From Nitrospirota bacterium (GTDB lineage: Bacteria > Nitrospirota > Thermodesulfovibrionia > Thermodesulfovibrionales > SM23-35): a stretch of 64,000 bases of DNA. The notes beneath the pieces are model-generated. The model saw only the letters and a program-made list of their open reading frames with translations, had not been told where the DNA came from and did not search any database. This document shows, piece after piece, positions 9,490 to 18,932 of this stretch. Location: positions 13,675 to 77,674 of the forward strand of contig JACAFF010000003.1 in NCBI GenBank assembly GCA_013388455.1. The letters are read 5' to 3'. The translations under genes were made by a program, and so were the position numbers. Positions within the stretch are counted from its first letter, which is position 1. Every line of letters starts with the position of its first letter.

Positions 9490-10955
9490 CAGTTATATAA
9501 ACTTCTATCACCTCTTTTTTTTAAGGCATTTTTATATATTGTAAGATACTCTTCTGCTGATTTTCTCCATGAAAAATCCATCTTCATCCCTTCTCTGATT
9601 ATCCTGTTCATTTTATCCTTATCAGTGTAAATACAGAAAGCCCTTTTCAGTGAATCAAGAAACGCAGAAGATGTATAATCAGTAAAGAGGAAACCAGTGC
9701 CTGTTACATTCAAGGGATCATAATCTTTTATTGTATCAGCAAGTCCACCAGTCTTGCGTGCAACTGGTATGCTACCGTAACGAAATGCAATTAACTGACC
9801 GAGTCCACATGGTTCATATTTTGATGGCATTAGGAAGAAATCTGCACCTGCGTATATCATATGTGCGAGTGATTCTTCAAATCCTATCGTAATAGAAACC
9901 TTTTCTTTATATCGGTTTGCCATTTCGAGTAATTTACTATGAAAACGCTCATCACCTTTACCGAGAATAACAAGCTTTATAGGAAAAGACAAGAGTTCAT
10001 CAGCAGAATCGAGGATAATATCCAGCCCTTTTTGTTCTGACAGCCTGCCAACCATCCCTAAGAGTGGTGCTTGAATATCTTTTTGTTCTGAAGATTTAAA
10101 AAGCAACTTAATAAGTTCTTTTTTACAGATTGCCTTGCCAGAAAAATCATTGTAATTGTAATTTACAGGTATAAATTTATCGTTTGACGGATTCCACTCA
10201 TCATAATCTATACCATTAATTATACCGAAAAGATCATCTGTCCTGGTCCTCAACACACCTTCTAATCTGAAGCCGTGTTCTTTTGTAAGTATTTCCCTCG
10301 AATATGTTTTACTTACAGTATTTAAAATATCTGCAGAGATTATACCTGCTTTTAGAAAGTTTACATTCCCATAGAATTCAATGCCGTCTGGTGTAAATAA
10401 ATTCCATCCAAGGCTTATAAGAGGCATCTCTGATGCAGGGAAATTTCCCTGATATCCCATATTATGAATTGTCAGCAGGGTAGCAGTATTTTTAAAAAAT
10501 TTATCGTCTTTATAGAGTTGTTTTAGATAAAGCGGCACAAGTGCAGTCTGCCAGTCATTACAGTGAATAATGTCAGGCTTTAATTGAAGAGCTTTGCATG
10601 CCTCTATGATCCCCTTTGAAAAAAAAATAAATCTTCGTGCATTATCAGCATAATCTCCATCTGGCGTTCCATACAATTCATCTCTGTCAAAAAATTCATC
10701 ACAACTTATAAAATATGTTTTTGCATCATTAAATATTGTCGCATTAATTGTCCTTTCTCCCAGAGGAACCCGTATATTTATTCCTTTATTATTTATTTGA
10801 GGATTTGCATTCTTTATCTTTTTGTATAGAGGCAGGATAAGATATGCCTCATGCCCCATTTTATTGAATTCCTTACACAATGTGCCAGTAACATCAGCAA
10901 GACCTCCTGTTTTAGCATAAGGGATTGCTTCTGGTGTTGCTATAAGTATCCTCAT
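9489..10955 (-). CDS. glgA: Glycogen synthase (ADP-glucose type)
   Basis: MRILIATPEAIPYAKTGGLADVTG... N-terminal KTGGL motif and C-terminal PS.YEPCGL.QL...YG..P..R.TGGL.DT motif. Confidence 0.92.
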   Translation of the reverse strand: MRILIATPEAIPYAKTGGLADVTGTLCKEFNKMGHEAYLILPLYKKIKNANPQINNKGINIRVPLGERTINATIFNDAKTYFISCDEFFDRDELYGTPDGDYADNARRFIFFSKGIIEACKALQLKPDIIHCNDWQTALVPLYLKQLYKDDKFFKNTATLLTIHNMGYQGNFPASEMPLISLGWNLFTPDGIEFYGNVNFLKAGIISADILNTVSKTYSREILTKEHGFRLEGVLRTRTDDLFGIINGIDYDEWNPSNDKFIPVNYNYNDFSGKAICKKELIKLLFKSSEQKDIQAPLLGMVGRLSEQKGLDIILDSADELLSFPIKLVILGKGDERFHSKLLEMANRYKEKVSITIGFEESLAHMIYAGADFFLMPSKYEPCGLGQLIAFRYGSIPVARKTGGLADTIKDYDPLNVTGTGFLFTDYTSSAFLDSLKRAFCIYTDKDKMNRIIREGMKMDFSWRKSAEEYLTIYKNALKKRGDRSLYN

Positions 10956-11947
10956 ATCTTTGCATCCCTCATGAATTTTGCTGACTCTTCAGGAGGAGTT
11001 GGATTAATGTAAAATCCTGAACCCCACTCAAAACCTGCAATCTTTGTCAGTTTTGGCACGATTTCTATATGCCAGTGGTAATATTCGTTGTTCTCATCAT
11101 AAAAAGGTGAGGTGTGCAATATAAAATTATAAGGTGGGATATCGAGTATCTTATCAATTTGTTTTAATACCATCTGAAGCATTTCAGCAAGTTGTGAAAA
11201 GCTATTCTCATGAGGACAGAAAAATGACTCATGTTTCTTTGGCAATATCCAGGTCTCAAAAGGTGCCCTTGGAGCAAAAGGAGCAATAGCTACATAACGT
11301 GAATTTTCATAAACAACTCTCTTCTTAGACTCGAGTTCCTGATTAATAACATCGCAAAAAATACATCTCTCCTTAAGGTCATAATAGCGCTTAGATGCAT
11401 CAGTTTCTTCCTTAACAAGTTTTGGAATAATCGGTAAAGCAATTAACTGGGTATGTGAATGCTCAAGAGAAGCACCTGCTGCATCCCCTTCATTTTTAAA
11501 AATCAACACATATTTAAAGCGACGGTCTTTCCTCAAATCTGTTAACCTGAGGTAATAGGCCCAGAGCACATCTTCCACCCTCTTCAGCGTCATCGTTGAA
11601 AGGGTTTCCATGTGATCAGGGGTTTCTATAATAACTTCATGGGCACCTATTCCATTCATCTTATCAAACATTCCCTCTCCTGTTTTATTCAAGTCTCCGG
11701 ATATGTGAAGAGCAGGGAATTTATTAGGCATTACCCGTAATGTCCATCCTGGTTCATTAGGTTTTGTATTGGGTGGTCTGAATGCTATAATTTCAGTTGG
11801 TGTTGTATATTCGTTTCCTGGACAGAAAGGGCAGAATCCACCCCTTTTCTTTTGAGAAGGAGATACAAAATCAGTTGGTCTCTTACCCCTTTCTATCGAA
11901 ATTATTACCCACCGGCCTGATATCGGATCTTTTCGAAGCTCGGACAT
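10952..11947 (-). CDS. galT: Galactose-1-phosphate uridylyltransferase-family (HIT superfamily) nucleotidyl transferase
   Basis: DPISGRWVIIS..R..RP, CPFCPGNE zinc motif and active-site HSHTQLIALP (H-x-H-x-Q). Overlaps the glgA start by 4 nt, so it may act as a sugar-nucleotide/ADP-glucose enzyme in a glycogen context. Confidence 0.8.
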   Translation of the reverse strand: MSELRKDPISGRWVIISIERGKRPTDFVSPSQKKRGGFCPFCPGNEYTTPTEIIAFRPPNTKPNEPGWTLRVMPNKFPALHISGDLNKTGEGMFDKMNGIGAHEVIIETPDHMETLSTMTLKRVEDVLWAYYLRLTDLRKDRRFKYVLIFKNEGDAAGASLEHSHTQLIALPIIPKLVKEETDASKRYYDLKERCIFCDVINQELESKKRVVYENSRYVAIAPFAPRAPFETWILPKKHESFFCPHENSFSQLAEMLQMVLKQIDKILDIPPYNFILHTSPFYDENNEYYHWHIEIVPKLTKIAGFEWGSGFYINPTPPEESAKFMRDAKI

Positions 11948-12051
11948 GTTTCCTCCATATAAAGAAAAAGCTTAGATTTAATCAAAAAGTCTCTAAGCTC
12001 TCTATCTTCATGTATTTGGTAATATTATATCACAATGAGATATAATCACTC

Positions 12052-13047
12052 ATGAAACCTACGTTTGTTCATAAACTTGTTAATAACCCTTTTGAAGATC
12101 CTGTGCTTTTCCTAAGGATTATAAGAGAAAACCGTGCTTTACTATTTGATATAGGAGATATCAGTAAACTGAAACCGCGTGATCTTCAAAAGATAACGGA
12201 TGTCTTCGTGACACATACCCACATTGACCATTTTATCGGTTTTGACTTGCTTCTCAGGGCACTTTTGAGAAGAGAACAACCTTTGAGAATCTATGGCCCA
12301 TCAAACATCGTTGAGTGCGTAGAAGGCAAACTCAGGGGTTATACATGGAATCTTATAAAAGAATACCCGCTTAAAATTGAGGTCTTCTGCATAGATAGAG
12401 ATAGAATAATTTCTTTAAGTTTTCATGCTGAAAATTGTTTCGAGAAAGTTGAAAACGGTATTGAACCATTCAGAGGTATTCTATTAAAAGAATCGCTCTT
12501 TACGGTAAAAGCAGTCCAGTTAAATCATCAGATTCCATGTCTTGCCTTCTCTATAGAAGAAGATTTCCATATTAATATTAATAAGGTTTCCTTGAAAGAG
12601 AGGGGTCTATCAGTTGGCCCGTGGCTCTCTGAATTAAAAAAGGCAATTAGAGAAAATCTCAGTTCTGATACAGAATTCAAATTATCTGACAGGACATACA
12701 TGCTCGATGAGCTAAGGGATATAACCATAATAACAAAAGGTCAGAAGATATCGTATGTTACTGATGTATCAACAGATAATGCGAATATCAGAAAAATTAT
12801 AGAATTTGTAAGGGATTCAGATACATTATACTGTGAGGCATATTTTATGGATAAAGATATTGAAAGGGCTTTAAAAAGATCCCATCTTACAGCCAGAATA
12901 ACAGGGAAAATAGCACGAGAGGCAAATGTGCGAAACCTTGTTGTTATGCATTTTTCACCTAAATACAGAGATAAAAAGGAAAATCCCGAACAAGAAGCAT
13001 TGATAGAATTCAAACATCCAGACGCTTTAAAACCAGAACTGCATTAA
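12052..13047 (+). CDS. MBL-fold metallo-hydrolase (RNase Z-like)
   Basis: VTHTHIDHFIGF (HxHxDH) metallo-beta-lactamase motif and C-terminal ...VVMHFSPKY. Confidence 0.75.
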   Translation: MKPTFVHKLVNNPFEDPVLFLRIIRENRALLFDIGDISKLKPRDLQKITDVFVTHTHIDHFIGFDLLLRALLRREQPLRIYGPSNIVECVEGKLRGYTWNLIKEYPLKIEVFCIDRDRIISLSFHAENCFEKVENGIEPFRGILLKESLFTVKAVQLNHQIPCLAFSIEEDFHININKVSLKERGLSVGPWLSELKKAIRENLSSDTEFKLSDRTYMLDELRDITIITKGQKISYVTDVSTDNANIRKIIEFVRDSDTLYCEAYFMDKDIERALKRSHLTARITGKIAREANVRNLVVMHFSPKYRDKKENPEQEALIEFKHPDALKPELH

Positions 13048-14281
13048 CTCCACCAAAACCAAATGACTGTGAGATGGAAATTTTAATATCTGCAATTCTT
13101 AACTCAGTCACATAATCAAGATCACAAACATCGTCTCTCTCTCGCAGATTAATCGTGGGAGGAATAATATTTTCTTTCATACTCATAAGAGTAAAAGCTG
13201 CCTCAATAGCACCTGATCCAGCAAGCATGTGGCCTGTCATTGATTTAACAGAAGTTATTGGTATGCGATAGGCTTTTTCCCCAAAAACTATCTTTATAGC
13301 CTCTGTCTCTATTCTGTCGCCCAGAGATGTTGATGTGCCATGTGAATTTATAAAGTCAATATTTTCAGGATGCAATCCAGCACTGTCAATTGCCATTTTT
13401 ATTGCACGTGCTTCTCCTTCAACTAAAGGTATAGTTTGATGATGTGCGTCCGTTACATTGGAATAGCCAATAATCTCACCATAAATTTTTGCAGCTCTAT
13501 TTACTGCATGTTCATATTCCTCAAGTATCAGAATACAAGCGCCTTCAGAAATAACAAATCCGTCCCTTGTTCTATCAAAAGGTCTGCTTGCTGTCTTATC
13601 ATTTATACTTGATAATGCACCTGCTTTACCATATCCTTCAATGCATATTCTGCATATTGGTGCTTCAGTTCCTCCACACAAAACAATATTGCAATAGCCC
13701 TCCCTGATTAATCTATACGCTTCCCCTATTGCATTTGTGCCAGATGAACATGCGTTTGATATACCGAGACAGTAACCTGTTATACCAAGTTTTTGTGCAA
13801 CAAATGAAGAAGCCATGCTGATTGTTGTTGAAGGCATAAGATAAGCTGATATTCGCGAAGTTTTTTGTATTTCTCTTTCTAAGGTAGATATTCCGCCCCT
13901 GCTTGAACCAATAATAACTCCAGCTCCTCTTAAAAGTTCCGAGCTTTCATTCTCTATCGTACCTTCTTCATTTGTGGAAAAAGGACTGATGGGGAGCAAG
14001 AGTCCTGCATCTTCTGATGCCATTATAGCAGAGGCTACTGCATAGTGAACAAAAGGATCGAGTCGGTGTATCTCTTTGTTTGAAAGATATCTTAGTGCAT
14101 TAAACCCTTTTAATTCTCCAGCAATCTTCCATTTCATGCCCGAGGTATCAAACCTTACTATTTGTGATATGCCAGATATACCATGCTTCAAGGCATGCCA
14201 GGATTCATGAAATGAATTTCCCAGTGGACTTACACTGCCAATTCCTGTAACAACAACTCTTTTCATATTTAATAATAACAT
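13010..14281 (-). CDS. fabF: 3-oxoacyl-ACP synthase II-like (KAS II)
   Basis: KRVVVTGIGSVSPLGN, active-site NACSSG, HGTSTSLGD and GHMLAGSGAIEA motifs. Alternative start ATG 14266 (MKRVVVTG). Confidence 0.88.
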   Translation of the reverse strand: MLLLNMKRVVVTGIGSVSPLGNSFHESWHALKHGISGISQIVRFDTSGMKWKIAGELKGFNALRYLSNKEIHRLDPFVHYAVASAIMASEDAGLLLPISPFSTNEEGTIENESSELLRGAGVIIGSSRGGISTLEREIQKTSRISAYLMPSTTISMASSFVAQKLGITGYCLGISNACSSGTNAIGEAYRLIREGYCNIVLCGGTEAPICRICIEGYGKAGALSSINDKTASRPFDRTRDGFVISEGACILILEEYEHAVNRAAKIYGEIIGYSNVTDAHHQTIPLVEGEARAIKMAIDSAGLHPENIDFINSHGTSTSLGDRIETEAIKIVFGEKAYRIPITSVKSMTGHMLAGSGAIEAAFTLMSMKENIIPPTINLRERDDVCDLDYVTELRIADIKISISQSFGFGGVNAVLVLKRLDV

Positions 14282-14316
14282 GCTCCTGCTACATTTATTG
14301 CTCTAATGTTAGTCAT

Positions 14317-16011
14317 ATGCTATTATTATCAAAAAAATATCAATGGTTAGAAATGTCTTCAGAGATAGATAGAGATAACAGACGTTTTAAGAGATACGAC
14401 TGTTATAAAGAAACTCAGGTATTGTTTGAGGGCAAAAAATATAATTTACAGGCAATTAATTATTCACTGAGAGGTATTGGTTTTTATTTTGACGAATCAT
14501 TAACTATTCCTGTGGGATCTCCGGGACATTTCAAAATTGAGGATCTCGGTATTGATGATGACGGTAAAATTATCTGGTGTAAAAAAATTGACTCAAAACT
14601 TCGAATAGGCATAGAAAGAAAAACTATTTCCGGCCTTCTAAGTGTTTACCCTCTTGATGATATACTATTTGATTTAAAACAGAATGAAATGAATGGAGTA
14701 CTCGAGCTAAGAAAAGAAGCAATCACAAAAAAAATATTCTTTAAAAAGGGTGACATCATTTTTGCTACTTCCAATAAAACAGAGGATCGCTTAATAGAGA
14801 TTATGCTGAAAACTGGAAGGATAACAAATGACCAGTATTATCAATTGATAAACTTTTCTAAAAGAACCGGGAAAAGTCAAGGAGCAGCTATTGTCGCTCT
14901 TGGATATTTGAAGCCTGATGAACTCACTTCTGCTATTAGAAATCAAATTGAGGAGATCATTTTAAGCCTATTTCAATGGGAAAATGCCAAATTTATATTT
15001 TTTGATGGGCATGTACTTCCTGACAAAATCATAAAAATCAGACTCGATATAACTAATATTGTCTACAATGGCTACAAAAGAATTAGCAATATTGTATATA
15101 TTAAAAATTCTTTGCCGCCTGTGGATACTGTCCTTCTTCCAGTTCACAACTTAAGTAATTTTTTAAATAATATAAAATTAGATAAGATGGATAAGGACAT
15201 TATAGAACTGATTAATGGGAATCGAAGTATACAGGAAATAATTAACATTTCTCCTTATGAAACTCGGAATACTATGAAAACGCTTTTTTCATTGATAAAA
15301 GCAAGGATTATTAATATTAAAAAATCGGATTTACAGGAAGATAAGTATGATCAAGAATTTATAGATAAAATTGAAGACCTTTATCAGAGATTAGATTCAT
15401 CAGATTATTACAGTATTCTCGGAGTAGAGAAATGGGCTACTCTTGATAAGATAAAGAAAGCATATTATGCTGCTGCAAAGGAATTTCATCCAGACAAACA
15501 TAAAGAGTTGCCAACTGAAATCGTGAAGAACAAATTGAATGCTATCTTTACCCATTTAACCGAAGCATATAAAGTATTATCTCAATCTGATGAACGGATT
15601 AAGTATGATCAAAGTTTATCAACCTCACATACAATTAAGAAAAAAAGCAATAAGGAAATAGCAAGAGAAAAATATGAAGAGGGGACCATTGCGATAAATA
15701 GAGGAAAGTATGATGAAGCTATAAAATTATTTGAACAGGCGCTTTATCTTGACAGTACTGTGCCTGACTATCATTTTTATCTCGGGATGGCTCTGAAAGG
15801 TAACAAAAAATATAACGAAGCTGCAAGGATTATTAATAATGCCCTGAAACTTGCTCCATTCAATAGTGAGTATTTAACAGAACTCGGTTACATATTCTTG
15901 CAACTTGGATTCGTGTTAAGAGCTAAAGGAACTTTTGAAAAAGCTATCAAGATAGATTCTAACAATGAACATGCAATCGCCGGACTTCGAAAAATTAAGG
16001 AATTACAATAA
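14317..16011 (+). CDS. Multidomain protein: PilZ-like N-terminus, DUF4388, DnaJ J-domain, TPR repeats
   Basis: RRFKR (RxxxR) followed about 25 aa later by NYSLRG (D/NxSxxG), which is the PilZ pattern. ISGLLSVYPLDDILFDLKQNEMNGVLEL is DUF4388-like. DYYSILGVEKWATLDKIKKAYYAAAKEFHPDKH is a J-domain with HPD. C-terminal TPR-like repeats. A likelier start is ATG 14353. Confidence 0.75.
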   Translation: MLLLSKKYQWLEMSSEIDRDNRRFKRYDCYKETQVLFEGKKYNLQAINYSLRGIGFYFDESLTIPVGSPGHFKIEDLGIDDDGKIIWCKKIDSKLRIGIERKTISGLLSVYPLDDILFDLKQNEMNGVLELRKEAITKKIFFKKGDIIFATSNKTEDRLIEIMLKTGRITNDQYYQLINFSKRTGKSQGAAIVALGYLKPDELTSAIRNQIEEIILSLFQWENAKFIFFDGHVLPDKIIKIRLDITNIVYNGYKRISNIVYIKNSLPPVDTVLLPVHNLSNFLNNIKLDKMDKDIIELINGNRSIQEIINISPYETRNTMKTLFSLIKARIINIKKSDLQEDKYDQEFIDKIEDLYQRLDSSDYYSILGVEKWATLDKIKKAYYAAAKEFHPDKHKELPTEIVKNKLNAIFTHLTEAYKVLSQSDERIKYDQSLSTSHTIKKKSNKEIAREKYEEGTIAINRGKYDEAIKLFEQALYLDSTVPDYHFYLGMALKGNKKYNEAARIINNALKLAPFNSEYLTELGYIFLQLGFVLRAKGTFEKAIKIDSNNEHAIAGLRKIKELQ

Positions 16012-16013
16012 AA

Positions 16014-16781
16014 ATGATAAGAAACACATTCAGTATAGTAAATGGAATCGGTGAAAAAATAGAGAAGAGATTGTGGGAAAAAGGCATACTCACATGGTCA
16101 GATTTCATTAATGCCAGTAATCTTACTTTCTTCAGTCCACAGAAAAAAATTCTTTATGATAAATTTCTGATATCTGCATCTAATGAACTCGAGAATAATA
16201 ATGCAAATTATTTTGCTAATTTTATAAAAAGAAGAGAGCACTGGAGACTTTTTGATATTTTTAAAAAAAATGCGATATGTCTTGATATCGAAACAAATGG
16301 ATTAATGCCAGAAAATGGAGGTTATATAACTCTCATCGGAATTTATGATGGATTTGATTACAGGTGTCTTATACGAGATATTGATTTAACTGATGAGAAT
16401 TTAATCAATGCGATTTCTGGATATAAATATCTTATCACTTTTTATGGCTCTGCCTTTGATATACCTTTTATCTTAAGGTCAATGAAAGAAATCAAGTTCA
16501 ATATACCTCACTTCGATGTTTGTCTTGGTGCAAGAAGAATCGGGTGTAAAGGAGGGTTGAAGAAGCTCGAGATAGAAACAGGAATTGAAAGGGATGAAAA
16601 TGTAAAGGGGATGGATGGCTATGATGCTGTTAAACTCTGGGGATATGCAAAACAGGGAAGCAGCGAAGCATTGGAACTTCTCAGAATATATAATAAAGAA
16701 GATACTGTCAATTTATTTAAGATCGCAGAAATTATTTATCAAAAGTTAAGGAGTAAAACTGGTATAGATGAATATCTCTGA
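16014..16781 (+). CDS. RNase H-like (YprB/DEDD-type) exonuclease domain protein
   Basis: CLDIETNGL...YNKEDT acidic motifs typical of the RNase H-like/DnaQ-like fold. Confidence 0.6.
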   Translation: MIRNTFSIVNGIGEKIEKRLWEKGILTWSDFINASNLTFFSPQKKILYDKFLISASNELENNNANYFANFIKRREHWRLFDIFKKNAICLDIETNGLMPENGGYITLIGIYDGFDYRCLIRDIDLTDENLINAISGYKYLITFYGSAFDIPFILRSMKEIKFNIPHFDVCLGARRIGCKGGLKKLEIETGIERDENVKGMDGYDAVKLWGYAKQGSSEALELLRIYNKEDTVNLFKIAEIIYQKLRSKTGIDEYL

Positions 16782-17310
16782 GTCAGGGCTACCATATCAA
16801 ACAGATCTTTATAAAAATATAGTTATCCAAACCATTGCTAAAGCTAAACATCTTCACAGAACTCTCGGCAACGATTTACTAAAGGACAAAACTTTTTTAA
16901 ACCTTATTAACAAGCTCGATCAGAGCATAGAAGCCACCCAGAAAGAGATGCAATCCATAGGTGTCATAAGTGTATGTTCTGAGTGTTCTATACACGGGGA
17001 AGGAACATGCTGTGGTTATCGAACTGGTTATAAATGTGACAGCATACTTTTATTCATAAATCTTCTTCTTGGAAGGTCGATATCTCTCCAATCAAAAAAC
17101 CCCCATAGGTGTTTTTTTCTTACAGATAAGGGATGCTCGCTAAGAGCTCGACCTGTAATATGTGTGAACTTTATCTGTAGTCGCCTGCGAAATAATTTAT
17201 CTCATAAACAGCTTGTTCACCTACAGGAGATTGCAGGAGTAGAAATTGAGATGCTTTTTGCTTTAGAGGAATATATCAAAAAATATTCGTCTTCATCCGC
17301 CAATCTTTGA
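16768..17310 (+). CDS. YkgJ/UPF0153-like cysteine-cluster protein
   Basis: CSECSIHGEGTCCG and CFFLTDKGCSLRARPVICVNFIC resemble the CxxCxxCC ... C.FL..(G)C.I...RP..C..F pattern. Confidence 0.55.
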   Translation: MNISESGLPYQTDLYKNIVIQTIAKAKHLHRTLGNDLLKDKTFLNLINKLDQSIEATQKEMQSIGVISVCSECSIHGEGTCCGYRTGYKCDSILLFINLLLGRSISLQSKNPHRCFFLTDKGCSLRARPVICVNFICSRLRNNLSHKQLVHLQEIAGVEIEMLFALEEYIKKYSSSSANL

Positions 17311-18306
17311 CATTGGCCTCATAGAGTTTTGTTTTGAACTTATCAATGTTCTTAATTCAGCATTCTGTATTGTTATATTGTGGCCTTTTGGTTTAACATC
17401 AATGGAGAGCTTAATAAGCCGATCTATTTCTTCATCAGAAGCATTGCTACGAAGTGCAGGTTTTAAATCAATCTCTGTTTCCGAAAAAAGACATGGTCTT
17501 AACTTTCCGTCAGCAGTCAGTCGAAGACGATTACACTCTGAACAGAAGTGATTGCTAATCGGACTAATAAAGCCAATCACTCCATCAGCACCATCAAATT
17601 TAAAATACCTGGCAGGACCAGATTTTTTCTGGACCACCGGAGTAAGTTTTCCAAATTTCTCAACAATATATCTTATCCCTTCTGAAGAAATAAATTTTTC
17701 AGGTTTCCACATTCCCTGTGTTCCAAATGGCATAAACTCTATAAATCTAATCTGGTACGGATGCTTTATGGTCATTCTTGCAAAATCCTCTATTTCATCA
17801 TCATTTATCCCTCGAATTGGAACCATATTAATTTTTATCGGTGTCAATCCTGCCTTTTCCGCAGATTTTATTCCATTTAAAACACGATTAATATCTCCGC
17901 CTCTTGTAATTTCTCTGAATCTTTCTGGTCGCAAAGAATCAAGACTTATATTTACCCGTTTCAACCCTGCATCTACTAAATCATCTGCATAACGTTCAAG
18001 TAATATTCCATTTGTTGTTAAGCTAAGGTCTTTAATGCCTTCAATGCTATTTAATAACCTGATAAGATAAATAACATTTCTTCTAACAAGAGGCTCACCA
18101 CCTGTAATTCGAATTTTTGTAACACCATGATTAACTGATATTTTTACAATCCTTACAATCTCTTCAAAACTAAGGATTTCTTTATGTTCTATTGGAATAA
18201 GGCCATCTGCTGGCATACAATAAATACATCGCAGATTGCATCTGTCTGTTACTGATATTCGCAGGTAATCAATTGTGCGTCTGAAGTGGTCTTTCAAAGG
18301 AACCAT
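17293..18306 (-). CDS. moaA: GTP 3',8-cyclase MoaA (radical SAM, Moco biosynthesis)
   Basis: YLRISVTDRCNLRCIYCMP (CxxxCxxC), ITGGEPL, and C-terminal CSECNRLRLTADGKLRPCLF second-cluster motif. Confidence 0.93.
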   Translation of the reverse strand: MVPLKDHFRRTIDYLRISVTDRCNLRCIYCMPADGLIPIEHKEILSFEEIVRIVKISVNHGVTKIRITGGEPLVRRNVIYLIRLLNSIEGIKDLSLTTNGILLERYADDLVDAGLKRVNISLDSLRPERFREITRGGDINRVLNGIKSAEKAGLTPIKINMVPIRGINDDEIEDFARMTIKHPYQIRFIEFMPFGTQGMWKPEKFISSEGIRYIVEKFGKLTPVVQKKSGPARYFKFDGADGVIGFISPISNHFCSECNRLRLTADGKLRPCLFSETEIDLKPALRSNASDEEIDRLIKLSIDVKPKGHNITIQNAELRTLISSKQNSMRPMSKIGG

Positions 18307-18932
18307 ATATTAAATCATATCTTAATTTTCATTTCTCTTCAAGAGGAAGTTTTTTATCAAGTAAATAAATTACAACTTTAGTATTAATAATATAAAACTT
18401 AAGTTTTAATATTTTTTTAATACTTTTTTTTTTAAATCTAATACTTTTATGGGATTGAAAATATTTTATAAATATGTTTTCTTATTATTGAGATTAATCT
18501 TTTCAAGTAATTTAATTTATTTTATCTTAGAGAGATTATTTCATCATTTTATTTAAGAAATAATTCTTGAAAAGTTAATCAATCCATAAAAGTTTAGATA
18601 GAGGTCTGAACGAAGAGGGAGCGAGGGGTGATTGTTTTTAAATCCAAAGTTGTTACTCACCCTTATATCGTAAATCTAACAAATTTACCTTATATTAATA
18701 TAACTTTATTCATTTTCTTATCAAATTTTTTTCAGACTTTCTTCACGTTCCGTGATTTTCACAGTTCCAAAAAATCTCTTGTAAGGGGGGGGAGGTGAAA
18801 AAAACTAACAATATAAAAGCTCCTTTAAGGGGTAAAAAAAGGGGGGTGAGGGAAAAAATAAAATATTTTAGAAGAGGATCTCTGAATAACTTAAGGGAAT
18901 TAATTATGTAATCAAGAAACGGAGGTGAAAAA

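Noticed and set aside
11797-12045. An 82-aa plus-strand ORF overlapping the galT-like 5' end and the divergent promoter region.
   Set aside because: It overlaps the conserved N-terminus of the galT-like gene on the opposite strand. It has no motifs and is AT-rich intergenic read-through.
13010-13047. A 38-bp 3'-end overlap of convergent genes (MBL hydrolase + strand, fabF - strand).
   Set aside because: The overlap is real in the ORF coordinates, but such overlaps are common in compact genomes. There is nothing beyond the overlap itself to suggest antisense regulation.
18785-18851. A G-quadruplex formed by the G8/G4/G6/G3 runs upstream of the FDH operon.
   Set aside because: The four G-runs exist, but the loops are long (36 nt between the first two) and the runs resemble the G-rich repeat debris seen at 43605-43626. 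There is no evidence for function, so it is kept only as part of the spacer description.
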